From positions 4,156,001 to 4,220,000 of the forward strand of contig CM075990.1 in assembly GCA_038087875.1 (NCBI GenBank): DNA of 64,000 bases, read 5' to 3'. The stretch is from Malacoraja senta. Its lineage: Eukaryota. The notes under the pieces are model-generated. The model had not been told where the DNA came from. It ran no database searches and worked only from the letters and a program-made list of their open reading frames with translations. Positions within the stretch are counted from its first letter, which is position 1, and each line of letters opens with the position of its first letter. A program made the translations under genes and the position numbers. Of this stretch, positions 12,446 through 24,265 are shown in pieces.

Positions 12446-13782
12446 TTTGTCGGGTACGTAGAACAATCCTTGTTCAATGCGTACCAGGGCCCCATCCCCG
12501 ACCTCTACCTCCGCTACATCGATGATTGTTTTGGTGCCACATCCTGCACCCACACACAGCTGACTTCATCCGCTTCACCACCAACTTCCATCCGGCACTC
12601 AAATACACCGGGACCATTTCCGACACTTCCCTACCATTCCTTGACCTCACTATCTCCATCGCAGGTGATAGACTCCTTACCGACATCCACTACAAACCTA
12701 CCGACTCCCATGGCTATCTGGACTACACTTCTTCCCACCCTGCTTCCTGTAAGGACTCCATCCCCCACTCCCAATTCCTCCGTCTACGCTGCATCTGCTC
12801 CCAGGATGAGGCGTTCCACACCAGGGCATCTGAAATGTCCTCATTCTTCAGGGAACGGGGGTTCCCCTCCTCCACCATAGATGAGGCTCGCACCAGGGTC
12901 TCTGCCATACCCCGCAACACTGCTCTCTCTCCCCATCCCCCCACTCACAAGGGCAGAGTCCCCCTAGTCCTCACCTTTCACCCCACCAGCCGTCACATAC
13001 AACAAGTGATCCTCCGTCAGTTTCGCCACCTCCAACGTGACCCCACCACTCGCCACATCTTCCCATCTCCCCCCATGTCTGCCTTCTGCAAAGACCGCTC
13101 CCTCCGTAACTCCCTTGTCAATTCTTCCCTTCCCTCCCATACCACCCCCTCCCCTGGTACTTTCCCTTGCAACCGCAAGAGATGCAACACTTGTCCCTTC
13201 ACCTCCCCCCTCTACTCCATTCAAGGACCCAAGCAGTCGTTCCAGGTGCGACAGAGGTTCACCTGCATCTCCTCCAACCTCATCTATTGCATTCGCTGCT
13301 CTAGTTGCCAGCTGATCTACATCGGTGAGACCAAGCGGAGGCTTGGCGATCGTTTCGCCGAACACCTCCGGTCGGTCCGCAATAACCAACCTGAACTCCC
13401 GGTGGCTCAGCACTTCAACTCCCCCTCCCATTCCGTATCTGACCTCTCTGTCCTGGGTCTCCTCCATGGCCACAGTGAGCAACACCGTAAATTGGAGGAA
13501 ATGCACCTCATATTCCGCTTGGGCAGTCTACATCCTGGGGGCTTGAACATTGAATTCTCCCAATTCTGCTAGCCCTTGCTGTCCCCTCCCCTTCATCAGC
13601 CATCTGGTTGTCTCCTCCCCTCCCCCAGCCCTCGTGCTCCTCCTCCGCCTTTTTCCTTTTTTCCTTTCTTCTCCCCACCCCCTATCAGTCTGAAGAAGGG
13701 TTTCGGCCCGAAACGTTGCCTATTTCCTTCGCTCCATAGATGCTGCTGCACCCGCTGAGTTTCTCCAGCATTCTTGTGTACC
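12446..13782 (+). mobile_element. 5'-truncated Penelope-like retroelement (RT C-terminus + GIY-YIG endonuclease; Neptune-like Cys linker)
   Basis: YLRYIDD RT motif (ORF 12470) frameshifts at ~12560 into ORF ..13572, which has LPFLDL, YKPTD, CNRKRCNTC, NLIYCIRC..CQLIYIGET.R.LGDRFAEH and GLN. 14-bp duplication TTTAATTTGGCATC at 12432-12445 and 13783-13796. Confidence 0.93.
13690..13717 (+). ncRNA. Minimal hammerhead ribozyme-like motif in the Penelope 3' terminal repeat
   Basis: CTGAAGA-A-GGG(tttcgg)CCC-GAAAC-GTT: catalytic core boxes, 3-bp stem II and palindromic stem III. Penelope-like elements are known to carry minimal hammerheads. Confidence 0.65.
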
Positions 13783-14170
13783 TTTAATTTGGCATCATGC
13801 TTGTTCATTATCCATATCCCTCTACCAATATCCTACCAACAACTAGAGAGCAGTCCTGAGATATTATCTACCTCATTGGAGACCCATAGACTATCTTTAA
13901 TCATTTAGACTTTACTAAACGTTATCCTTTTTATCATGTATCTGTGCAATGTGCACAGCTCGATTGTAATCATGTATAATCTTTCCGTTGACTGATTAGC
14001 ACGCAACAAAAGCTTTTCACTGTACACGTGACAATAAATTGAACGCAACTCAGTCTCGAATTCCTGCACTCCCATACGACGGTCCAAAAGCCAAGTTCAA
14101 ATATTGTCAAATGAAGTGAGGCCTGGTCCAAATCTTTGGGTTGGAATTAATCCTTTCACGTCTTTCTTAC

Positions 14171-14245
14171 CTCGTTGTTTAGCTTTTGGGATTTCTTTCT
14201 TCGTCTTTACTTGGGTCTTAGTTGTTGCCCCGTGAGATGTCAAAG
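14171..14245 (-). CDS. WASHC2: WASHC2 coding exon (S)LTSHGATTKTQVKTKKEIPKAKQR
   Basis: Lys-rich linker at the expected position. cag/GTAAGA splice sites, 75 nt, phase 1-1. Weak sequence conservation. Confidence 0.75.
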
Positions 14246-14950
14246 CTGTGGAACAATTAAATACAAACCTCAAGTTAGGCAGAGGGCGAACAAAACTTGG
14301 AAAATAAAGAAACCAATTGTCTTTCACTTAATTCTCTCTCCACGTGTCATGGAATAAAAAGTAATACAAGCAAAGAATTTCAACCAGTTTCAAGATGGCG
14401 CCAGGGCCAGGCGACTCTCTGCGTGCTGATCCCAGAAGTGGGTCTGCAACCATTCATTACTATCACTCCACTTAAATCTTTATATCACTTTACTGGACTT
14501 TATCTTGCACTAAACGTTATTCCCTTTATCCTGCGTCTGTACACTGAGGATAGCTTAATTGTAACCATGTATCGTCTTTTCGCTGACTGAATAGCACATG
14601 CCAAAAATGCCCTTCACTGTACCTCGTTACACATGACAATAATAAACTAATGCCCTCAATCATAAATCATCTGTGTTGCACAAGGTGCCGATCGGAGATA
14701 GACAATAGACAATAGGTGCAGGAGTAGGCCGTTCGGCCCTTCGAGCCAGCACTGCCATTCAATGTGATCATGGCTGATTATCCCCAATCAGTACCCCACC
14801 TCCTTCAAGAGATCTGCTGATGGTTTTGGGACTTCATTCATTGAGCATCAGAGTCAAATATCCATTTACACGGCCTCCACAGCCTTCTGTGACAATGAAT
14901 TCCACAGATTCACCACCCTCTGACTAAAGAAATTCTTCCTCATCTCCTTT

Positions 14951-15415
14951 AGACAATAGGTGCAGGAGTAGGCCATTCGGCCCCGAGCCATTCAATGTGA
15001 TCATGGCTGATCATCCCCAATCAGTACCCCGTTCCTGCCTTCTCCCCATATCCCCTGACTCCACCATCTTTAAGAGCCCTATCTAGCTCTCTCTTGAAAG
15101 TATCCAGAGAACCGGTCTCCACCGCCATCTGAGGCAGAGAATTCCACATACTCACAACTCTCTGTGAGAAAAAGTGTTTCCTCGTCTCCGTTCTAAATGG
15201 CTTACCCCTTATTCTTAAACTGTGGCCCCTGGTTCTGGACTCCCCCAACATCGGGAACATATTTCCTGCCTCTAGCGTGTCGAAACCCTTAACAATCTTA
15301 TATGTTTCAATAAGATCCCCTCCCATCCTTCTAAACTCCAGAGTGCACAAGCCCAGCCGCTCCATTCTCTCAGCTTATGACAGTCCCGCCATCCTGGGAA
15401 TTAACCTTGTAAACC
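14951..15415 (-). mobile_element. CR1-clade LINE 3' fragment
   Basis: ORF2 C-terminus RLGL.TLEFRRM.GDLIETYKI...TRGHSLRI...FFSQRVV..WNSLP, plus (CTATTGT)n-type tail. Confidence 0.9.
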
Positions 15416-15862
15416 CATTTGATAAACCCATAAAGATAGTCCCATTTGCCTGCATTTGGCACATTTCATTTCCTATCCACATACTCATCCAAATGCTTTT
15501 TACGCACTAGTTTTACCCATCTCTACCACTTCCTCTGGCAACTCGTTCCAAATACCCATCCCGTGTGAAACATTTGCCCCTCTCCTTTATATCTTTCCCC
15601 TCTCATCGTTAAACCATGCTTCCTATTTTAGGCGCACCTTCCCTGCTAAAAAGACTGACCAGCCACCTTATCTGTGGCTCTCATGATTGTAAAAACCTTT
15701 CTAATATCACAATTCAGCCTCCTTCGCTCCAAGGGAAAAAGCCCTAGTCTGTGTCGTCTCTTCTTATAACCCAAGCATTCCGGCCCCAGCAACATCGCTT
15801 TGAATTCCTGTTAACATCCATGTCCAATAGTGACAAGAAAAATATAAACACTGAATCATTAC

Positions 15863-15950
15863 ATGCTCTCTCTTCAGCTGGCTTCTCCGCGTTGCATTCT
15901 TGGATCCGTGCTGCGAGTTCTTCTGAGAAGGAAATGTCTTCCGTCCTTTT
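15863..15950 (-). CDS. WASHC2: WASHC2 coding exon KRTEDISFSEELAARIQECNAEKPAEERA
   Basis: SF.xELAARI motif of FAM21. tag/GTAATG splice sites, 88 nt, phase 0-1. Follows an 84-nt intron. Confidence 0.9.
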
Positions 15951-16034
15951 CTATATTGAAGAGCACACGTTACTATTGGAAGGAACGCTTTAACAAGACT
16001 CTGTGTAATGCAAATAAACATAAGAGCCACTCAC

Positions 16035-16130
16035 CGAGCTCGTCAAAACCCCCTCATCATTTTCTTTCTCCGATTCATGGAACAAATCAGAGTCATCATC
16101 TTCATCCTCGTCACTGACCAACTGCTGCTT
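16035..16130 (-). CDS. WASHC2: WASHC2 coding exon KQQLVSDEDEDDDSDLFHESEKENDEGVLTSS
   Basis: Acidic LFa-type motif (DLF..SEKE). cag/GTGAGT splice sites, 96 nt. Confidence 0.88.
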
Positions 16131-16157
16131 CTGCAACGAGAACATTCATTCATTCAG

Positions 16158-16338
16158 CATCGTTAATGGGTCTCCAGGGGGGCCATCTTTAACGGGGCTC
16201 CAGGGGGCCATCGTTAACGGGTCTCCAGGGGGGCCATCGTTAACGGGTCTCCAGGGGGGCCATCGTTAACGGGGCTCCAGGGGTCATCGTTAACGGGGCT
16301 CCAGGGGGGCCATCGTTAACGGGGCTCCAGGGGGCCAT
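16158..16338. repeat. ~25-bp minisatellite (CATCGTTAACGGGGCTCCAGGGGGC), ~7 copies
   Basis: Directly visible tandem units. Confidence 0.95.
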
Positions 16339-17314
16339 CAAGGCAACAATTCAACATATTAATAGGAAGCTAGCTGCGAGGAGAAAGTGAGAAAAGAGGG
16401 AGAGAAAACTTAGACAAATGACAGGCGGTAGAGCTGCTGCCTCACAGCGCCAGAGACCTGGGTTCGATCCCCACCACGGGCATTTGTACGTTTTCCCCGT
16501 GACCGCATGGGTTTTCCCCGGGTGCTCAGGTTTCCACCCACATTCCAAAGACATGCTGGTTTGTTGGTTAATCCTAGTGTATAAGATGCAAAAGAGGGAT
16601 GACAGAACTAATGTATGGGTGATTTGATGGATGATGTGGACTTGGTAGGCCGAAGGGCCTGTTTTCATGCTGTATCTTTAAACAATAAACAGATGCGAGA
16701 TTTAGCATGGAAATTAAGATGTTTTATCCTTGGTACATTAAGGCACATCCAGCAATGATTAATTAAAATTAAGGAAGTCAATTGAGTAGTATTAGACAGG
16801 TAAATGGATAGGGAAGATTGAGAGGGATATGGTCCAAACCCAGGCAAATGGGACCAGCTTAGATGGGCTAAGAATGGACGAGTTGGGCTGAAGGGCCTAT
16901 TTCTGCACTGTATGACTCTATTGGATTAATCCTGACACCTTGTTTGCCTCGTTTAGGTTAGAGAGATACGAGGAACAATGGCATGAAATGAACTGGTTGA
17001 AAATTTTAAATCAAGATGTTTTCAGAGTGCTTAAATGATCACCCTTCCACTGAAAATGTATATATTTGAAGGTAGAAACATGGAACTGCAGATGCTAGTT
17101 TACAGAAGACAGAATGCTGGAGTAGCTCAGCGGGTCAGGCAGCAGCATATCCATGTTCTCCCAGAAGGGTACCGACCCGAAACATCACGTATACAGATTC
17201 TGGTGAGATGCTGCCTGAGATGGTGGGATGGTGCCTGAGATGGTGAGATACTGCTGGGATACTCCAGCATTTTGTGTCTTCTTCTATATTTCAAAGCAAT
17301 CCACGATTGGTTGA

Positions 17315-17509
17315 ATGTTTAAGAATGAACTGCAGATGCTGGAAAATCGAAGGTAGACAAAAATGCAGGAGAAACTCAGCGGGTGAGGCAGCATCTATGG
17401 AGCGAAGGAAATAGGCAACGTTTCGGGCCGAAACCCTTCTTCAGACTATTTCCTTCGCTCCATAGATGCTGCCTCACCCGCTGAGTTTCTCCAGCATTTT
17501 TGTCTACCT
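17315..17509. mobile_element. Inverted pair of short Penelope-like tails (representative of many copies)
   Basis: Both arms match 13686-13782. Flanked by ACGATTGGTTGA at 17303-17314 and 17510-17521. Confidence 0.85.
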
Positions 17510-18510
17510 ACGATTGGTTGACCTGGCAGAAACAAAAATCTTTACTTATCTCCATCTTGGGAGGTGGAGGGCAAGAGTGGCACTCAGTTACACCTAGCCA
17601 TCACCCCTCTGTAAAACATGGTGGCTGCAGAACACTGGATACACTGCCACTGGTGCCACACTGTGGCCCCCCGTGCCCAGTTAACCCACCTCAATGCATT
17701 TCCCCTCTTCACAGTCAACAACAGTGCAACTGGGTGCAGGTCTGTGTTGGGCTTTGACCTATTAAGACATTTGAAGATCCTTTTGCAGTCTTAATTAAAT
17801 GAATCAATATTAAAATTTGTGGGGGATTAACAAATAACAACAGGTAAATGTTATTCCACAACCTTGAACAGACAAGAGCATCCTGATAACCAGAAGTACT
17901 AGAAACAAGGAACTGCAGATGCTGGTTTACAAAAAAAAGACACAAAGTGCGGGAGTAACTCAGCATGTCAGGCAGCATCTCTGGAGAACATGGGTCGCCG
18001 GAGAATAGCTCCGACCGCCGGCCTGCGGCCTACAACATCTGGAAGCCGCGGTCTCCGGTAAGGAGGTGGCCGATTTGGGAGCTCCGGGTGTGCTCGACCT
18101 GCCCCGACGTCGGCGTTCCGACCAGAGGGCTTGAACATCGGGCCGTCCGTAGCTGCGACTACGGAAGGTCAGGGCCCCGACCACGGGTGAACAAGGGAGG
18201 AGGAGGTGGAGGACTGTCTGAACTGTACAGTGAAGAATGCTGTGGTGGATGTCTGTGTTGAATTATGTTGTGTATTGTGTCCTTTTTTAATTGTAACGCT
18301 GCATGGTAAATTACATTTCACCGCACCTTATGGTGCACGTGACAAATAAATTGAACTTGAAATTTGAACTTGAACTAGGCGACGATTCGGGTCGGGTCTG
18401 TAGAAGGGTCCTGACCTGAAACGTCACCTATCCATGTTCTCCAGAGATGCCGCCGGACCCGCTGAGTTACTCCAGCATTTTGTGTCTTTGTGATCACCAG
18501 AAGTACTTAC

Positions 18511-18576
18511 TGGAATGGACTTCGGCAGCTTCTCTTCATCCTCCTCACTTTCATCAGCAAAGTCATCCTCAGACTC
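18511..18576 (-). CDS. WASHC2: WASHC2 coding exon ESEDDFADESEEDEEKLPKSIP
   Basis: Acidic ESDEDFA-like motif. cag/GTAAGT splice sites, 66 nt. Confidence 0.85.
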
Positions 18577-19406
18577 CTGCAGCAGACATTACAAACAGGT
18601 GACTAAGTATTTCAGTGCCACTCATATAACCCCCAATTACATCTACCTTCTAAGATTTAACATATCTTCAGATCAGAAGAATGCTTTCTAAATCAACAGT
18701 TCAATACATGTTGTTATAAGTGCAGTATTTCAAGTTAAATGCAGAGAGTAGCTGAACCCGAGGTGGTGATTAACGATGCAAGATAGGAGATGGTCACCGA
18801 AGTTTCATCTCAGCTTTGATCAAGATGCATGTGGCTTATCTAATGCTATGGGACATCTTCTGAGAGCGGGCATGCTGAGTGGTCGAGGTGGGAGGAATTT
18901 ACAACAACAAAAAATTCCCAGCTTAACTATTCAACCGTAACACAGCAAAGATAGATAGCTGAGCAGGTCTGCAGGTCTGTCCAGGAGCTAGTAAACAAAA
19001 ATGGAAATGAAGGCAACCTTTTGTTCCTTCAGCTGCAGGGGACCAAGATGCCAGACAGCATCCCAACTATAAGACAACAACAAAAAAACTCCCTACACAC
19101 TGTGGTACAGCGGTAGAGCTGCTGCCTCACAGCACCAGAGTTCGATCCTGACCACAGGTGCTGTCTATACAGAGTTTGCACGTTCTTCCTGAGTCTACAG
19201 AGGTATTCCCTGGGCGCTCAGTTTTCCTCCCACATTCCAAAGACTTGCAGGTTTGTGGGTGAATTGGCTTCTGTAAATTTCCTGGAGTGTGCAGGAAGTG
19301 GATGAGAAAGTGGAATAACATGCGGCTAGTGTGTGGCCGATCGATGGTCAGCGTGGACTCGGTGAGCTGCAAGGCCTGTGCAGTAAGTGATCACTTTTCA
19401 ACAAAC

Positions 19407-19471
19407 CTTCTCCTTCTCTCTCTCATCCTCTTCACTCTCGACGATGCTGCCATGTTCACTGTCCACAGACT
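19407..19471 (-). CDS. WASHC2: WASHC2 coding exon (E)SVDSEHGSIVESEEDEREKEK
   Basis: Resembles FAM21 SVGSDRGSIVDTEEE. cag/GTTTGT splice sites, 65 nt, phase 1-0 keeps frame. Confidence 0.88.
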
Positions 19472-19716
19472 CTGCACAAAATAGAAAACACATCCAGACA
19501 TCAGGCAGCGGACACAGATATGTGGAAAGGTAGAATAAAAAGGCATTGAAAAGGATGGGAATAGTTATTATTTAAGCAGGATTCTGGAAGGACTCCATTT
19601 TTTTTCATGACGGAAGTGGGTGAAGCAAAAGTTTATTATCCACAACCAACGTCCAATATCCTGAAATGACAGCTCTTGCTCTCCTGCAGCCAATTCCCTT
19701 AACCCCGGTTGGAGGT

Positions 19717-20086
19717 ACAGATCCACCACTTCCTTGCTTCCAGAGCCTTTCTGGATTATCCGCTCTGCCGGACCAACAGAGGCCACGAGCTCCAAGATGA
19801 ATCCAGTAATACTGGAACTAGGCAGCCGAGGAGCCAAGATACCGGCCCGCAAAGTTGACCTCGGAAGTTGCTATGGGAACAGAACATCCGGCCGGGTCGG
19901 AATTCAAGAGCCCAGGTTGCAGGGGCTAAATTCGATCCACTTATCGGCATGGGAGTCCCCACCCGGCCTAGGTGCCTCATTGTCTGGGGGGGCTTCCAAG
20001 GGAGGGGGGGTGCGGGAAATTGAAGCGTGGTCTTGATTAAATAAGGTACCGGAAAAACAGTTGCCCGAAAATTGGAGGTGGACCTG
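19717..20086. mobile_element. Old Tc1/pogo(Tigger)-like MITE
   Basis: TA-CAGATCCACC ... GGTGGACCTG-TA imperfect termini. Confidence 0.45.
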
Positions 20087-20515
20087 TATAGAGTACAACG
20101 TGAGGACAGGATCACAGCAAACCCATTATGTAACCCCACAGTTAAATTTGAGGTGGCATTAGCAAACCTTTGAGTCATTCGGATCAACAACAAATATTTG
20201 GCAAAAATGTTGCTGTGAACAAAATCTTTGCTGTCAGTTAACAACAGATGAGCAAGTTTGGACAGTCCAAGACTTGCTCACCAGAGTTGATGTTCACATT
20301 TATGTCTTTAACTGATTTGCTGTATCGGGGTTATTTCATAGAACAGACCATGTCTTTATCTCGGAGACACAAGGAATTGCAGATGCTGGTTAACAAAAAA
20401 TGACACAAAGTGCTGGACTAACTCAGCGGGTCAGGCAGCAGCTCTGGAGACATGGATAGGTGATGTTTCAGATTGGGACCTTTCTTCAGATTTATCACCA
20501 TTGACCATTTCCTAC

Positions 20516-20609
20516 CTTCACTGGAGAGATCCCCCAAGCCAACATCCTCCTCTTCCATAAACTGCTGAGACCCTATGAGATACGGCAGCGGCCGATCTAC
20601 ATAAAGATC
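20516..20609 (-). CDS. WASHC2: WASHC2 coding exon [31 protein letters not shown]
   Basis: [10 protein letters not shown]...EDVGLG motif. cag/GTAGGA splice sites, 94 nt, phase 0-1. Confidence 0.95.
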
Positions 20610-22692
20610 CTGCAATCAACACAAAGACACAGTCTTACGATACACTTACATATAAAGAGCCAATTTCTTTCTTCCCTTGAGTGCAATGAGTGTTTTGTTT
20701 AGTGTCACGTGCACCAAGGTGCAGTGAAAAGCTTTTGTTACATATTAACCAGTCAGAGGAAAGACAATACATGATTACAATCGAGCCATCCACAGTGAAC
20801 AGATACAGGATAAAGAGAATAACGTTCAGTGCAAGATAGTCCACTAAAGTTTGATTAAGGATAGTCCGAGGGTCTACAATGAGGTAGATGGTAGCTCAGG
20901 ACTTTTCTCCAGTTGTTGGTAGGATGGTTCAGATGCATGATAACAGCTGGGAAAGAATGATTGTCCCTGAATCTGGTGGTGTGCAATCATGTTAAGAAGC
21001 CTTGTGATAGAAGGACAAGGTAGTCAATTATCTTAATCCAGGCTCAAGTACATCTCCCAACAGTGGATGAAACTTTCAAGCAGTTCATGTCATCCCACGT
21101 GAAGGGAAATTATTCTGCACCTTCACCAGCGTATATTTATGATTACTTTGTGCCCTGAGCTATTTATTCTTCTTCCAACATGACCAACAACGTTTTTGAT
21201 TATCACACCGCCGATGCAAGCTGGTTGTAAATAGACTGCTGTGTAGGAAGGAATTGCAAATGCTGGTTTAAACCAAAGATAGACGCAAAAAGATGGAGTA
21301 ACTCAGCGGGACAGGCAGCATCTCTGGAGAGAAGGAATGGGTGACGTTTCAGGTCGAAACCCTTCTGTCTGAAGAAGGGTCTCGACCCGAAATGTCACCC
21401 ATTCCTTCTCTCCAGAGATGCTGCCTGTCCCGCTGAGTTACTCCAGCTTTGTGTCTGTAGACTGCTGCTTTTTTTTTTTAACCATAGAATCACTCTGGAA
21501 TCATTTCATTGGTATACACGTACAATCCGGCTTCCTTAAACAATGAACTGTGCTTTCTGAATGCAAGTGGCTTTTTATTGTTGGGACGATAGAAATGTGT
21601 GTGGTGGAAACAGCCCTGGCCTTCTTGTTTCTATGCACATTGCCACAAAAAGTACAAAGAGTGGATACACCCCAACAAATGGCTCCATACCTGGAACCTT
21701 CAAGCATTATATTCATCATGAAGGTTCAACTTAGAAGTAGGATTTAATGATCACGATTTGCAGAGGTGGGCATGTGTTTCCTCTAGAACCCTGATAGAAG
21801 ACCATAACATTACAAGAGGCACAGAAAGAGCAGTCAAAACCTTTTTTCCACAGGGTGGAAATGTCAAACACTAGAGGGTACAGGTTAAAAATGAGAGGGG
21901 CAAAGCTTAGCGGAAATGTGTGGGGCAAGTTTTTTTTAAACACTAGGTGTGGTGGATGCCTGGAACACGCTGCCAGGGGTGGTGGTGGAGGCTGAGGGGA
22001 GACTTGATAGAAGTATACAAAATTAAGAGAGGCTTAGATAGGGTAGACAGTCAGAACCTTTTTCCCCCCAGGGTGAAAATGTCCAACACTAGAGGGCATA
22101 GTTGTAAGGTGAGAGGGGGACAGTTTTACACAGATGGTGGTGAGGGCCTGGAATGCATTGCCCAAGGTGGTGGTGAAGACAATAGCAGTGTTCAAGAGGC
22201 TGTTAGATAAGCAGATGGATATAAAGGGAATGGAAGGATATGGATCATATCCATATCCTTCCATTCATATGGATCATATGTAGGCAGAGGAGGTTAGTTT
22301 ATCTTGGCATTGAGTTCAGCACAGACATTGTGGTTCTTCTGCTGTATTTTCCTATGTTCCAAGTGTAGCAACACAAGTTGCTCAACATCACCCAAATGTG
22401 AACATCCACTCAGTCAATGCTTCCCTTCAGGACAGTTTCTGGTGTCTCATTGTGGGCCGAAGGGCCTGTACCAGTGGCTGCCCCATTCCTTGTCTCAACC
22501 CGAAACGTCACCCATTCCTTCTCTCCAGAGATGCTGCCTGTCCCGTTGAGTTACTCCAGCATTTTGTGTCCATGTTTGTCCGAAGATAGACACAAAATGA
22601 TGGAGTAACTCACATGGGCACAAGTGATCTCATGGACACGCTGGAGCGGTCTCTGACAGCCTGTTTAATATTCAGCCCGGCAAAGGAAATCA

Positions 22693-23015
22693 CTCCCCGT
22701 TGGATTGCAACCTCGTCGTGGTCAGGGAGCTTGTGTGTCTCAGTGACCCCTAGAGCTATGCCAGCAGGAGATTTGTCTCCTGTTAGGGTCTCCCATGCTG
22801 GACAGGTCGAATGGTAGAGGTGAGATGAAGAGCGATCCACTGGTCCTCCAGGTTGGAGGTTGAGCACAGGGCTAACAACCCTGTCTCGTAACACAAATAT
22901 GTCACGGAAACAGCAACTGAAGGAATCAACACTACTGGGCGTGATGGAACAGGAGTGGAGGACCTTTGTTGCTGCCCTACATGCCAGGAGGCATAATAGG
23001 CAGTAAGTAAGTAAT
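22693..23015 (+). mobile_element. Internally deleted (bipartite) RTE-clade non-autonomous element
   Basis: RTE-type 5' UTR (CCTCGTCGTGG...GAGCTATGCC...GGACAGGTC...GATCCACTGG...GGGCTAACAACCC) joined to an RTE-type 3' end (GTTGCTGCCCTACATGCC...(GTAA)n). TSD GGAAATCA at 22685-22692 and 23016-23023. Confidence 0.75.
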
Positions 23016-23502
23016 GGAAATCAGTAACTTATCGATCTTTCATTCCAACCTCTCTGCAACATTTTCTAATAAATGTCCTCCCTTCAGAAGTACTAAATGA
23101 CTCTGAATTGCTTTGAGTCTATTGAGCTGCTGTGTAAGTATTTCATGCCGTTTTATTGCTATACTGCTGACAACGTGAATTGGGAAATCAACGAGAATCA
23201 CAAAAACAAAATCAGATATATTGATTAGTTTGCAGTAAGTTAACTGATTGCAATTCAGGCAAGGCGAGTAACCACTTGGGATGTCCAATGTGCTATCTAA
23301 ATCCAGTAGATTTCAAGTCAAGTCAGAAGATCAAGGCCAGGAAATGACAACTGGCCTTAATATCATGATCTTTTGAAAATGCAAATCTCAGATCGAGTGA
23401 TCCCAGCTGAGCTTGCGTGTGACATTAGGTAGGGACAGCCCTTCTGCTCTGAGCCATTTAGTCTCTTCCCCCAGCCAAACACGCGCTTGATTTGTCATGC
23501 GT

Positions 23503-24265
23503 TAGATTAGATTAGATTAGATGTTATTACTTGTCATTTGAACCTCAGAGAGGCTCAAACGAAACTCCGTTTCCACAGCCATACAAACAAAACAATTCCT
23601 ACAAGACACACAAACAATTCAATTTACAGAAAAACATCCATCACAGTGAATCTCCTCCTCACTGTGATGGAAGGCAAAGTCTTTTCTCTCCCCTGCACCA
23701 TTTCTCTCCCGATGTCGAAGCCCCAGGCGGGCGATGGGAAGTCCCACGGCCATTTTAGGCCGCGCCGGGCGAAGTACGGCCCCGCTCCGGGTTGTTCCAA
23801 TCCCGCGACACGAGCTGGAGAAGTTGCATTGCGGGAGCTCCGGAAAGCGGTCTCTCACCCGGACCCCCGAGCTCCCGATGTCCCAGTCCACCGATCTGCA
23901 GCTGGAGCCTCCAAGCTCCGGAGTGAGCAGCGAGCCACCACCGCTCCCCACACTCCGAGGCCGGCCAGCCCCACGATGGTGAGTCCGCAGCTCCGCAGGC
24001 TCCGCGACTGGAGCCCTCAGGTCGTTCCGGTTGGAGGCCGCTCCACGGAGCTAGCCCCCAACGACAACGGAGACCCGACAGGGAAAAGGTCGGGTCTCCC
24101 GTGCAGGGAAGAGATTGTAAACGTTTTCCCCTCCCCCCCCCACATATACACAATTAAAAACAGTACAAAAAAACCACAAACAACTACATTTAACTAGACA
24201 AAAATAAAAGAAAAGACAGACAGGCTGTAGGGGCCGCTGCAGTAATCCCGTGCCGCCGCACTACC
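23503..24265 (-). mobile_element. GC-rich non-autonomous retroelement with 3' hairpin and (CTAAT)n tail
   Basis: Its 3' end resembles 27510-27630. Microsatellite tail, no credible ORF. Similar non-coding elements lie at 17992-18374(+) and 44985-45580(+). Confidence 0.5.

Noticed and set aside
12964..13506. 180-aa minus-strand ORF
   Set aside because: Antisense shadow of the Penelope ORF.
23538..24197. 219-aa ORF
   Set aside because: Antisense to a GC-rich non-autonomous repeat, with no recognisable motifs.
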